Source: Candidatus Micrarchaeota archaeon (lineage in GTDB: Archaea; Micrarchaeota; Micrarchaeia; Micrarchaeales; CABMGC01). Taken from it: 64,000 nucleotides of DNA. Below, piece by piece: positions 15,633-24,718 of the stretch. The notes beneath the pieces are model-generated. The model was not told the origin of the DNA, did no database searches, and saw only the letters and a program-made list of their open reading frames with translations. The DNA lies in the NCBI GenBank assembly GCA_027319905.1, contig DAHVMJ010000001.1:11518-75517 (forward strand). The letters are read 5' to 3'. The position numbers and the translations under genes are program-made. Positions within the stretch are counted from its first letter, which is position 1, and each line of letters opens with the position of its first letter.

Positions 15633-17279
15633 CTAGGCGTACTTCTTCAGCTTCTCTATCTCGCTGCTGGTCATCTTGTGGAAGATAGGCTTGGGCTCCT
15701 CGTTGAGGTTGGGCCTGACCTTGTCCTCAAGCATCTTCAGAGTGGGTTCCGAGCTAACACCGAAGTAGGAAAGGAGCTCGGCGCTCGCCTTCGGCGAGAA
15801 AGGATACAGCAGAATGCCTATTGCGTATGTGATCTCAAGCAGTTCTGAGAAGATCTTCCTCGCCTGCTTTTCGGTCTTCTCCTCGTCCTTCGCTTTCTTC
15901 GCAAGCAGCCATGGTTCTTTATTGCTCATTATTCCATTTCCTGCATCGGCGAGCTTCACCACCACGCCTATCGCTTTCTTGAGCCGAAGTTCGTTGAATG
16001 CGTCGCTGTACTCTTCGGCAAACCTCTTCACCGTGGAATTGCCAATTGCTGATATCTCGTCCTCGATCAGAAACTTGTTGCTCTTCGACAGTTTTAGCAC
16101 ACGCTGCGCCAGATTGCCTATCTTATCATTCATTATTGTGTTTACGATCTCAACCAGGCCATGTTCTGTGAACTCGCTGTCCGAGTTCTCTGGGTACATA
16201 TATATCAGCACAAACCTCCAGTAGTCGGCGGAGAGTATTTCCAGCGCGCTGCTCATGTTCAGCCCTACACCGCGACTCTTCGAGAATTTAACGGTCTTGG
16301 AGACCAAGAACTGAGACTCTTTTATAGTGTGAGGCAATATGAAACCTAATCTTGACCCTATTGCCATACCAGGCCAGATTATTGTGTGAAAAATTGTGTT
16401 ATCCTTTCCGAGAAATTGCATAAGAAAAGTATGTTCATTCTGCCAGTAATCGCGCCATCTCTTCGTATCCCACTCTTTGGTTATTCCAATATAACCAATC
16501 AGGCCTGTTATCCAGACATAGATTACGGAGTTCTCGTAACCTATGAGCGGAACTGGAAATCCCCACTTCATGTTCCTTGTTATGTCTCTAGGCTTCAATC
16601 CTTCTTTTAGCATACTTAGAGACTTGTTTACCGCATCTTTACTCCAATTGTATTTAGAATTGGCTCTTATGAATTTAGTTATGTCGGGTTGCAGTTTGTT
16701 AAGCTCTAATGCAAGGTTCTTAGTCTTAACAAAAGTTATGTCGCTCTTGCTGCAGATAGAACAAAACGGGTCTATTATTTGAGATGGCTCTAACAGTCGT
16801 CCACAGTTATCGCACTGGTCTCCGCGTGCGCTTCGACTATGGCAGTAGGGGCATGTTCCTTGTATAAGCCTATCGGTAAGGAAACGTTTGTCAACATTGC
16901 AATACGCTTGCATATCTTCCCTTTCCAACAGGTAGCCGTTGTTATACAATTCGTTGAAGATGCTGTACACCACTTCTTTGTTTTCTGGAGTATTTGTCTT
17001 GCCGTAATGTGTGAACGTGCATTCGTACTTCTCGAAAAGTTTTTTGATTTTTTCGTGCATCTCATCTGCCAGCGCGGACGGTTCTACGCCTTTCTTTATA
17101 GCAGCAAGCTCTGTTGGTGTGCCGTGCTGGTCTGAGCCGCATATGAATATTGCGTCGTCTCCGTTCATTCTCAGGTACTTAAAGTACACGTCGGCCGGTA
17201 GCACTGACCCCACGAAGTTGCCCAGATGGGGCACGGAGTAGACGTACGGCAGCGCGGCGGTAACGATTACTCTTGCCAC
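15633..17279 (-). CDS. metG: Methionyl-tRNA synthetase (no C-terminal tRNA-binding domain)
   Basis: 'PYVYSVPHLGN' (HIGH-like), Zn knuckle 'CPYCHSRSARGDQCDNCG', and 'KFSKSRG' (KMSKS). Confidence 0.92.
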   Translation of the reverse strand: MARVIVTAALPYVYSVPHLGNFVGSVLPADVYFKYLRMNGDDAIFICGSDQHGTPTELAAIKKGVEPSALADEMHEKIKKLFEKYECTFTHYGKTNTPENKEVVYSIFNELYNNGYLLEREDMQAYCNVDKRFLTDRLIQGTCPYCHSRSARGDQCDNCGRLLEPSQIIDPFCSICSKSDITFVKTKNLALELNKLQPDITKFIRANSKYNWSKDAVNKSLSMLKEGLKPRDITRNMKWGFPVPLIGYENSVIYVWITGLIGYIGITKEWDTKRWRDYWQNEHTFLMQFLGKDNTIFHTIIWPGMAIGSRLGFILPHTIKESQFLVSKTVKFSKSRGVGLNMSSALEILSADYWRFVLIYMYPENSDSEFTEHGLVEIVNTIMNDKIGNLAQRVLKLSKSNKFLIEDEISAIGNSTVKRFAEEYSDAFNELRLKKAIGVVVKLADAGNGIMSNKEPWLLAKKAKDEEKTEKQARKIFSELLEITYAIGILLYPFSPKASAELLSYFGVSSEPTLKMLEDKVRPNLNEEPKPIFHKMTSSEIEKLKKYA

Positions 17280-17328
17280 TTGACCACTTGCTGTTATTTA
17301 TCAGCACACAAGAAATATAAACTCCGAT

Positions 17329-17814
17329 ATGGAAGAAACTCTGATTCTGATGGTAGCAACAGAAACAAGAGCAGAATCTGGGCTGGTGGGCAGAATGTTT
17401 GTGCTGGAAAACAAGAGGTTTGCGGAACTCGAGAAGATAGCGGCGCAGAGAAATGTCTCGTTGGTTGATGTTATTGCAGAAGGACTTACTTTGAGCGGAG
17501 GCAAACCGAAGCTCAAACTAGAGAGACGTTGGGGCAATGGCCAGCTCAATGGATACCCTTCGGACTACGTGATGCTACACATGATAGTGTCTGAGTCATT
17601 CCTTAACGATCTTTCAGAGGAAGGCAGTAGAAGCGGGAGGACGCTGAACGACCACATCCACGCGAAGCTTGAGAGATATGTAGACAAAACGCTGACGCTG
17701 ACTTCCGCGCTGCGACTTCAAATCGAGGAGAGATCTGACGAGCTCCGCACCGAACCGCCTTCTGGTGCCGTGCTCATGCGCCACTGGCGCATGCAGAACG
17801 GCCTGCCGGTCTGA
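17329..17814 (+). CDS. Hypothetical protein with two ribbon-helix-helix-like segments
   Basis: 'RMFVLENKRFAELEKIAAQRNVSLVDVIAEGL' and 'YVMLHMIVSESFLNDLSEEGSRSGRTLNDHIHAKLE' both resemble CopG/Arc RHH units. Confidence 0.45.
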   Translation: MEETLILMVATETRAESGLVGRMFVLENKRFAELEKIAAQRNVSLVDVIAEGLTLSGGKPKLKLERRWGNGQLNGYPSDYVMLHMIVSESFLNDLSEEGSRSGRTLNDHIHAKLERYVDKTLTLTSALRLQIEERSDELRTEPPSGAVLMRHWRMQNGLPV

Positions 17815-17890
17815 AACTCCATGCAGGCCGCGCAGCAATCAAGCTTAAATACTTATTACCGCACATTCTCCTAACAACAAAAGGATAGGG

Positions 17891-17986
17891 ATGGTTTCAC
17901 CATTGGAACTGTTCGCTAAAGCGACAACTGGAAACGGCGCTGTTTCTGTCTTTTCTTTCAATGCTACTGTGGGCTCGGGGAAATAA
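17891..17986 (+). CDS. Candidate 31-aa upstream ORF preceding speH
   Basis: Own translation: MVSPLELFAKATTGNGAVSVFSFNATVGSGK. It ends 9 nt before the speH ATG. TATA-like 'aagcttaaatac' lies about 40 nt upstream. Confidence 0.2.
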   Translation: MVSPLELFAKATTGNGAVSVFSFNATVGSGK

Positions 17987-17995
17987 AGGCTAGAA

Positions 17996-18430
17996 ATGTT
18001 CGGGCCACACCTAACTATTGATTTGTACGGCTGCGATGCGAAGCTGCTCAGCGACGCGACTCACGTGTACCGCATACTTGACGAGATGCCCTCGCTTCTG
18101 AAGATGAAGAAGATAAGCATACCTCAAATCCTGCCTTATGAGGGTTCGCCGGGCACGTTTGACAAAGGCGGAGTGTCAGCCTTTGTGCTCATAGCCACTT
18201 CGCACATAAGCATACACACCTTCGTGCACCAGAGGTACGCGTCGGTAGACATCTTCTCGTGCAAGGCGTTCGACACGGACAAGGCAATCGGCTACATCTC
18301 GGGCAAGTTCAGGGCTAAGAAGGTAGAGACGAACCTACTCAACCGTGGGAAGGAGTTCCCGAAAGAGGTTGAGAAGGCGAAAGCGATAGTGGCCAAGGAT
18401 AGAAATGCGGTAAAGCGGCACGGACGCTGA
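17996..18430 (+). CDS. speH: Pyruvoyl-dependent S-adenosylmethionine decarboxylase proenzyme (SpeH-type; an arginine decarboxylase paralogue cannot be excluded)
   Basis: 'GPHLTIDLYGC', 'VSAFVLIATSHISIHTF' (self-cleavage Ser context) and 'VDIFSCKAF'. Confidence 0.8.
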   Translation: MFGPHLTIDLYGCDAKLLSDATHVYRILDEMPSLLKMKKISIPQILPYEGSPGTFDKGGVSAFVLIATSHISIHTFVHQRYASVDIFSCKAFDTDKAIGYISGKFRAKKVETNLLNRGKEFPKEVEKAKAIVAKDRNAVKRHGR

Positions 18431-18517
18431 TAGAACAATCGCCATACCAATACGCTAGACGTATAAATCTTTCTTCTTTATCTACCCTCGCGACCGGGGA
18501 GTAACACGGACATTAAA

Positions 18518-18742
18518 ATGACTCGTCAACTCCAGCAGTACATATCGGGAGAGAAGACGGGATTGGAGATGTTCCTTAGTACGAATGAGCTCAGGCACGT
18601 GAGCAAACTGCTGCTGCTCAGGCAACAGACGCGTAAAACCTCAGGACTTGACGACGAGCTGGCATCACTGCTGGTGACAGCACGAAGAAGGGAGAAACGG
18701 GAAAGAAGGAGGATGACGGAAGAACTTCTGCGCTGGCCCTGA
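18518..18742 (+). CDS. Hypothetical small basic protein
   Basis: ORF only; followed directly by a T7 run. Confidence 0.3.
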   Translation: MTRQLQQYISGEKTGLEMFLSTNELRHVSKLLLLRQQTRKTSGLDDELASLLVTARRREKRERRRMTEELLRWP

Positions 18743-18749
18743 TTTTTTT
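18743..18749 (+). terminator. Oligo-T tract (T7) immediately after the stop codon
   Basis: tgaTTTTTTTaaaaag. Archaeal RNAP terminates at oligo-T. Confidence 0.4.
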
Positions 18750-18761
18750 AAAAAGAAAGAG

Positions 18762-18808
18762 GTGTTAAGGTGTGGTGGGTGGGGATAAAATATAAGGCAC
18801 CTTAACAC
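18762..18808. repeat. Perfect 11-bp inverted repeat (GTGTTAAGGTG ... CACCTTAACAC) around a 25-nt AT-rich spacer
   Basis: Read directly from sequence. The spacer contains 'ataaaatataag' (TATA-like). Confidence 0.6.
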
Positions 18809-18892
18809 GTGAAGGAACATTAGGCATGAAAAGGTTTATATAGGTTACTACGACACGAAACGAAGTTTATAACCAGGTGATTATCTGGGATC

Positions 18893-19456
18893 GTGCGTAT
18901 TATGCAGAATGACAATGACACACCCGCGTGGATGGTTTGCGACGAGCTGATCTCTAAGATGCGCGACGAGATCCTCTCGCAGGCTGTTTCCGCGATGCGC
19001 GAGCAGCTGGAAAAGAAGCACATAGCACTAGAGGGACAGCTTCCGAGCGCGAGCGAGGAAGGGAGCGAAAAGGAGCGCGACGCTTTCCTGCTGGAGCAGA
19101 TAGTCAAGCAGCATGAGAACATGGAGAGGCAGTTCGGCGAGTACCTGGAGGTGGCCGGGCTTGACAAAACCGCGATGGCGAGAGCGGAGGGGCTGCGAAG
19201 GTTCCTGTTGGAACTCAGGCAGATAGTGCTGCTCGACGGCTACGCAAAAGAATGTGAGCGCTGGTTGGCTGACGCTGAGAAGGAGCTGAAGGGACGAGAC
19301 GCTGCAGAGATCATGGCCAAGACCATCAAAAAGGATGAAAAGAGGCGCGAGGTGCTTGACTACGCACTTAAGAACAAGCAGTTTGTCAGAGAGAACGTGT
19401 TCTCCGAAGGTGAGAAGCACATCATGGAAGATGCGCTTAGGCTTACTTCTGAATGA
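18893..19456 (+). CDS. Hypothetical acidic coiled-coil protein
   Basis: 187-aa ORF, Glu/Leu/Arg-rich heptad-like sequence. GTG start. Confidence 0.45.
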   Translation: MRIMQNDNDTPAWMVCDELISKMRDEILSQAVSAMREQLEKKHIALEGQLPSASEEGSEKERDAFLLEQIVKQHENMERQFGEYLEVAGLDKTAMARAEGLRRFLLELRQIVLLDGYAKECERWLADAEKELKGRDAAEIMAKTIKKDEKRREVLDYALKNKQFVRENVFSEGEKHIMEDALRLTSE

Positions 19457-19957
19457 TCACCAGGGCACGCTCTTTATCTTGGCTCTATGGGCCAGTATGT
19501 TTGTGCCCTTGTGCAACACTCCGGTAAGCACCGTGATAACGACGATCCCGAAGTAGTTTGGAAGGCCGCCGAAGGGCAGAGAGAACAGGAGCGCGACTAC
19601 GAAGAATGAGTACTGATCAAGAAGTATCACGTTTGTGCCTTCCTTAAGTCCGGCCTGCCTTTTTATGAAACTGTTTAGCAGGTCTCCCACTACGGCTCCA
19701 AGCGTAACAGCGGCACCGAGGAGCAGCGGATAGGACAGAAAGATGTACAGCAGCGCCGTTGTGACGAGCCCTCCCAGAAGGCCAGAAGCCGTACCACTGA
19801 CGGTCTTGTGTCTGCCGAATATGGGCTTGCCCAAAAGCTTCCTGCCGAGATCCAGAGGCGCACCGCCTCCGAAGAGTACAGGAGCGCCGTTGGCTATCCA
19901 GGCCGGAAGTATGAAGATTATCGGGTAGGCAAGCAGTATGTATAGCAGGTCAACCAT
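19457..19957 (-). CDS. carS: CDP-archaeol synthase (CarS, DUF46)
   Basis: 'LPAWIANGAPVLFGGGAPLDLG...GRHKTVSGTASG', 'GDLLNSFIKRQ' and C-terminal 'KSVPW' match the CarS family pattern as I recall it from the A. fulgidus enzyme. Confidence 0.8.
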   Translation of the reverse strand: MVDLLYILLAYPIIFILPAWIANGAPVLFGGGAPLDLGRKLLGKPIFGRHKTVSGTASGLLGGLVTTALLYIFLSYPLLLGAAVTLGAVVGDLLNSFIKRQAGLKEGTNVILLDQYSFFVVALLFSLPFGGLPNYFGIVVITVLTGVLHKGTNILAHRAKIKSVPW

Positions 19958-19958
19958 C

Positions 19959-22643
19959 CTAGTGCGCCTGTTTCTGGTCTATCTTTGCTTCTGCAAACCT
20001 CTTTGAGCCGCCGCCCTGGAAGGTTTGACCCTTCAGCTTCGAGTCCAGCAGCTCTGCCGCATTTACCTTAGAAGCCGCGCCGGTCATGCAGATCACAAAG
20101 CCTTCTTTGTTCTTCAGGAATACGGCGGTTTCGCTGTTACGCTTGACCAGCAGGTCAGCTATCTTTATCAGCATCTTCCTGTCCACGGCCAGCTCCCGCT
20201 CCACTATCTCAGCGTCGGAAATTGCTTCGGCTATACTGTCAGCGAGAAGCTCGTTGTTCTTTTCTATAAGCTTGTGCATCGCCCTTATCTCCTCCTGCTG
20301 CTGCTCCACCCTTCCCGCGACCATCATGGGCTCTACGTTGAACGCCTTTGACAGTCTGTCAAGCTGCTGGTGCATCGTCTCGAAGCGCCTCAGCGCAGCA
20401 GGGCCGGCGACGAACTCGATCCTGTCTATGCCGTCGTGTATCCTCTCAGTGCCCGTTATGCTGACCATGCCCAGCAGGTTCTCCCTGCCGACCGCATGTA
20501 TGCCGCCGCACGCCTCCGCGTCTATCAGCTTGCCCTCTTTGGTTGTTATCGTGACTATGCGCATCCTCTTTGCTGGCGCACCGTGGCCCTGGTAGATTGA
20601 GAAGCCGTATCTGCTCTCTGCTTTCCCGCGGCTCATCTCCTCAGCCTTCACCCTTATGCCGTTGAAGAGCCAGGCGTTGACCATTGTCTCTATCGCCTTG
20701 ACCTCTTTCTCGCTCAGCTTGTCATAGTGGGCTATGTCTATGTGCGCCTTGTGCTCCTCCTTCTTTGCGCCTTCCTGCCATGCGTGCTCTCCCAGCACCT
20801 TCCTCGCGGCTGCACTGATCAGGTGCGTGGCGGTGTGATGCGCTATTATCGCGTCCCTGCGTTCCGCGTCTACAACCGCATCGACTATCTCCCCCTTCTT
20901 CATGCCGCTGCTCTTTTCGGTGAAGTGCACTATGATGTCGCCCACTTTCTGTACGTCGGTTATCTTGATTCCGTCAACAGTGCCGGTGTCCGCAACCTGT
21001 CCCCCGCCTTCGGGGTAGAAGGGAGTCTTGTCTAGAACGACGTGGTTGCCTTTCGCGAAAAGCACCTTTGCCTTTGTGTTTGTTACGAAGTCGTAGTAAA
21101 GCTTCTTTGTCGGAGGCAGGTCTTTTGGAAGCGAGACTGCCAAGGGCGTCTTCTTCTCTTTCTTTGCCATGTCTGCCTTGACCATCTCCGTGTACGCTCC
21201 TTCGGGCAGCTCAAGCCTGATCTTCTTCTCTGCCGCAACTTTTGCGATGAGTTCTGGCGTGGCGCCCTGGCTCTCGTACAGGGTCTTCATCTGCTCTCTT
21301 GTTATCGTGCTGTTCTTGGAGAGCAACACCTCCACAGCACGTCTTGCGCCTTCCCGTGCGCGCCCGTATCTGTCCCTCTCCACGTCAACGACCTTAGAGA
21401 AGACATCGTGCTTGCCCGCCAGTTCGGGATACATGGGCTTAAGCTCGTCCGCGATTAACTCTGCGAGCGTTTTCAACTCTATCTTGAAGCCATATTCCTC
21501 TATGAAGTCGAACGCGCGCCTGAGCAGTATCCTGAGATTGTAGCCGCCGCCCACGTTCGAGGGCAGAGAGCCGTCGTTTACTGCGAAGAGCAGCGTGCGG
21601 GTATGGTCGAGAAGCGCGTATGCAGCCTGCATCGGCTTTATCTTCTTCTCGTAATCGCGAGGGCTTATCTTCGCTTCCAGGAGTACGTGCCTTTCCTCTT
21701 CTGCGTAGTTGCGCACATCCTCGCGGTTCAGTACTCCCGCATACCTGGCAAATTTGGCATAGAAGCCACGGTCGAATTCTGTGTTGAGCTCGTCCTCAAC
21801 CTTCGCGAGCGTGTTGCTGAAGACTGCATCGTAGGCAGTGGGAAGCCCGGTATAGAACCAGAAGTTGCGTTCGAATCCCCAGCCAGTGTCAACCACCTTG
21901 CCTGACAGTTCTCCAATCTTTCCATCGCTCAATTCAAACTGCGTGAAGACGTTGTTGCCCAGCTCTGCGCCCTTGGCAAAGAACTCCAGACTCGGACCGA
22001 ACTCTGAGAAATCGGGCATCGCCCACACGTCTTCCTGATATCTTATCTCCTCTTCCTCTATGCCCATTATCTTTGTCAGGAAGTTGAAGTTAAGCTCTAT
22101 TGTCTTGTCGCGCCAATAGCCCTCTTTGGGATAGTTGAATGATGTCTGATTGGCCATGACGAAGGTGGTGAAGTGCCTGCCCGTAACGCCGACGTTCTCT
22201 ATGTCCTTGAACCTGAGGCACGGTTGAGGAACGAGAAGCGGGTTTGCGCTGTATTCGAAGCTCATGCGTCCATTCTCTATGCGCTGGAAATCCTGTATGC
22301 CTGCTATGGTAAAGTAGAGATCCTGGCGCCACCTGCTTACCACGGGATACCTCTTTACTATCGCGTGACCGTTTCTCCTGAAGAAGCCTGAGAATTTTTT
22401 CCAGAAGTCTGTGTAGCTTATGCCATCTGGCCTTTCCTTGAAGAACGAGTACGGCGTGTGTATCGAGTCGCCGCAATTGTTTGTTTCGGCTATGCCCCAG
22501 AACCATTTCCCGCAGATGCGACACCTCTGCCTCTTGAAGCCCCTTTCCCCGAATAGCTTAGTTGAGTAGTACTCCTCAGAGCGCTTGGAAAATTCTGAGA
22601 TCAGCGCAGTCTTGCTCACTTTCTCTGGACTTATAGCAATCAT
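19959..22643 (-). CDS. alaS: Alanyl-tRNA synthetase
   Basis: 894 aa. Archaeal-type N-terminus with a Cys cluster, editing-domain 'HHTATHL' and 'CGGIHV' motifs. Confidence 0.95.
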   Translation of the reverse strand: MIAISPEKVSKTALISEFSKRSEEYYSTKLFGERGFKRQRCRICGKWFWGIAETNNCGDSIHTPYSFFKERPDGISYTDFWKKFSGFFRRNGHAIVKRYPVVSRWRQDLYFTIAGIQDFQRIENGRMSFEYSANPLLVPQPCLRFKDIENVGVTGRHFTTFVMANQTSFNYPKEGYWRDKTIELNFNFLTKIMGIEEEEIRYQEDVWAMPDFSEFGPSLEFFAKGAELGNNVFTQFELSDGKIGELSGKVVDTGWGFERNFWFYTGLPTAYDAVFSNTLAKVEDELNTEFDRGFYAKFARYAGVLNREDVRNYAEEERHVLLEAKISPRDYEKKIKPMQAAYALLDHTRTLLFAVNDGSLPSNVGGGYNLRILLRRAFDFIEEYGFKIELKTLAELIADELKPMYPELAGKHDVFSKVVDVERDRYGRAREGARRAVEVLLSKNSTITREQMKTLYESQGATPELIAKVAAEKKIRLELPEGAYTEMVKADMAKKEKKTPLAVSLPKDLPPTKKLYYDFVTNTKAKVLFAKGNHVVLDKTPFYPEGGGQVADTGTVDGIKITDVQKVGDIIVHFTEKSSGMKKGEIVDAVVDAERRDAIIAHHTATHLISAAARKVLGEHAWQEGAKKEEHKAHIDIAHYDKLSEKEVKAIETMVNAWLFNGIRVKAEEMSRGKAESRYGFSIYQGHGAPAKRMRIVTITTKEGKLIDAEACGGIHAVGRENLLGMVSITGTERIHDGIDRIEFVAGPAALRRFETMHQQLDRLSKAFNVEPMMVAGRVEQQQEEIRAMHKLIEKNNELLADSIAEAISDAEIVERELAVDRKMLIKIADLLVKRNSETAVFLKNKEGFVICMTGAASKVNAAELLDSKLKGQTFQGGGSKRFAEAKIDQKQAH

Positions 22644-23519
22644 TCACTTACCCGTCCACCACGCCTTGCACTCATTTCCGAAGAACTTGCAGAACCTGCA
22701 TTTCCAGTTCTCAGCCTCGACTACTGGAGCGGATTCCCTCTCGCCGTTCCAGAACTTCATCGCGTAGGCCACGCTGTCCATTATCTCGTTCTCGTTGTAC
22801 TCTATTTCGGTACTGCTTATCTGCTTTCCGCTGAACCTGTCAACGTACACCACCTCGACCCTGTCGCTGAGCTCCGGAAGCGCGTATATCTCGTTGAACA
22901 TCTTTTCTGATATGGAGTATGGATTGATCAGCTCGTCCCTGACACCCATCGCCTGCAGCTCGCGCTTGAATACATCAGAAAGGCCGTTCTTTGTCAGTCC
23001 GTATATCTTGGTAAAGTTCTCGTGCGTATATCTCTTCGCCTTTATGTCTCCAAGCATCTTCCTGTATAGCTTCACCTGCACAAGATGGGGTCGCGAATAT
23101 ACTTCTGTCAACTTCCTGTTCGCATCTGTCGTCTTGCGCTCTATAACCTTCGCCTTGCCCTCTACTATTTTCATCTCGTCTATCTGGCCGGAGAGCTTGT
23201 AGCCGTTTATCGAGCCGTAGATCCTTAACTCCCTGCAGATTCCCTTGTCTTTAAGCGAGAGCAGCGAGCGATAGTTCTCGTACGCTATCTTGTACATGAG
23301 GTCCTCGTAGGTAACGGGTTCTATCGTGAGCGGCACATAGACCTCGTCCTGCAGAGCCTCGTGCATCTGCTTCCCCCGTTCCATGAACTTCGTGTACTTC
23401 TTCCCGTAGAGGTAGTTGAACTCCATCTGCCTCTCACACCAGAACTGATTTGCTATGTCTGTCACTAGTATCGAGCTCTTCCCGAGCCTCTTGAGAACAC
23501 CACTTCCCCCAACCTGCAC
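22644..23519 (-). CDS. Cas4-like PD-(D/E)xK nuclease with a 4-Cys cluster (stand-alone, no CRISPR nearby)
   Basis: N-terminal 'QFWCERQ' plus C-terminal 'CRFCKFFGNEC' gives the C...CxxC..C pattern of Cas4/DUF83 (RecB-family) nucleases. Its stop abuts the alaS start codon. Confidence 0.65.
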   Translation of the reverse strand: MQVGGSGVLKRLGKSSILVTDIANQFWCERQMEFNYLYGKKYTKFMERGKQMHEALQDEVYVPLTIEPVTYEDLMYKIAYENYRSLLSLKDKGICRELRIYGSINGYKLSGQIDEMKIVEGKAKVIERKTTDANRKLTEVYSRPHLVQVKLYRKMLGDIKAKRYTHENFTKIYGLTKNGLSDVFKRELQAMGVRDELINPYSISEKMFNEIYALPELSDRVEVVYVDRFSGKQISSTEIEYNENEIMDSVAYAMKFWNGERESAPVVEAENWKCRFCKFFGNECKAWWTGK

Positions 23520-23625
23520 ACGAACGCCTATGTATCAGACCGCCTATCTCTCGTCATCGCCTAAGCTCAGCGATCACCTTTGTCATCATATGCATTTTTA
23601 TTCGTTAAACAGGATTATAAACGCT

Positions 23626-24261
23626 ATGCGACTTCTTTCCGAATACGATCTCTTCATCTTTGATTGGGACCACACGTTGACAACATCTACTCTCGCTGTT
23701 GGTCTCCTCGGAATGGCGAGGGCGCACTCCAAGAAGGCGCGCGCAGAGAAACTGAGGAACATGAGCTCAGCCGATTTTTCAGCTAAGAACGTGGAGGTAA
23801 AAGAAGAGGTTAGCAGAATCTACTCGTTTTTCGATGATGTATATTCTTTCGTTTTCTGCCCTCGGCTCAAACGCGATGCGGTTCCTCTGCTGGAATTTCT
23901 TAAGAAGAGGAAGAAAAAGGTGGCGATCTTCAGCGACTCAAAGGCATACAGGCTGCTTAAGGAGATGAGGGTTCTGGGCGTAGCTGATTATGTTGATTTT
24001 GCCCTCGCCGCGGAGTCGATAGGCCGCTACAAACCAGACCCGACAGGGCTGCTTGTGGTGATGGGTAGATTCCGCGCACGCAGGAAGAGAAGTATTTACA
24101 TAGGAGATATGGCGGGCGACATGCTCACGGCGCGCCTGGCTGGAATCGCATCTGTGGGAGTGGCAGACGGTATAGCTTCTGCAGACGAGCTGCGCGCAGA
24201 GAAGCCAATCCGTGTGTTCCCACACCTTGGTGCGCTTCTTCGCGAGATGGAATCTGCTTGA
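23626..24261 (+). CDS. HAD-superfamily phosphatase (phosphoglycolate-phosphatase-like)
   Basis: 'LFIFDWDHTLT' (DxDxT), 'IFSDS' and 'YIGDMAGDMLTARLAG'. Trimmed to Met58 of ORF 23455..24261. Confidence 0.75.
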   Translation: MRLLSEYDLFIFDWDHTLTTSTLAVGLLGMARAHSKKARAEKLRNMSSADFSAKNVEVKEEVSRIYSFFDDVYSFVFCPRLKRDAVPLLEFLKKRKKKVAIFSDSKAYRLLKEMRVLGVADYVDFALAAESIGRYKPDPTGLLVVMGRFRARRKRSIYIGDMAGDMLTARLAGIASVGVADGIASADELRAEKPIRVFPHLGALLREMESA

Positions 24262-24371
24262 CACGGATTCGCTCTTCCGACGTAAACATAGGTTTATATA
24301 GGCAACAATGCAAATAACAACTACTTGCAGACAGCTTACAGCTAATTCTGCAGATATAAGAGGAAAATAAA

Positions 24372-24659
24372 ATGGCATACGGAGAAGACGAAGAAGGAGG
24401 ACACGGCAGAGGCGAGAGAGGAGAAAGGAGAGGAATGAACCCCAACTATTTCCTGCCCAAGCCTGTCAAGGTCGGAGATGTACTGGAGGTGACCATAGAA
24501 GGGTCTGCCTCAAGAGGAGACGGAATAGCGAAGAAGGACGGCTTTGTGATCTTTGTGAAGGGAGCGAAGCCTGGAGACAAGCTGACAGTCAAGGTAACTG
24601 ACGTCAGAACCAGATTCGCAATCGGCGAACCGACTGACGCGGCAGCACCAGCAGCTTAG
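24372..24659 (+). CDS. TRAM-domain protein with an acidic/Gly-Arg N-terminus
   Basis: 'PVKVGDVLEVTIEGSASRGDGIAKKDGFVIFVKGAKPGDKLTVKVTDVRTRFAIGE' is a canonical TRAM OB-fold. Confidence 0.8.
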   Translation: MAYGEDEEGGHGRGERGERRGMNPNYFLPKPVKVGDVLEVTIEGSASRGDGIAKKDGFVIFVKGAKPGDKLTVKVTDVRTRFAIGEPTDAAAPAA

Positions 24660-24718
24660 GCTTAACTTTTCTTTTTGCTAAGAAAGGTATGGCTGGCTAG
24701 CGCAAGCCATATGCGCAA

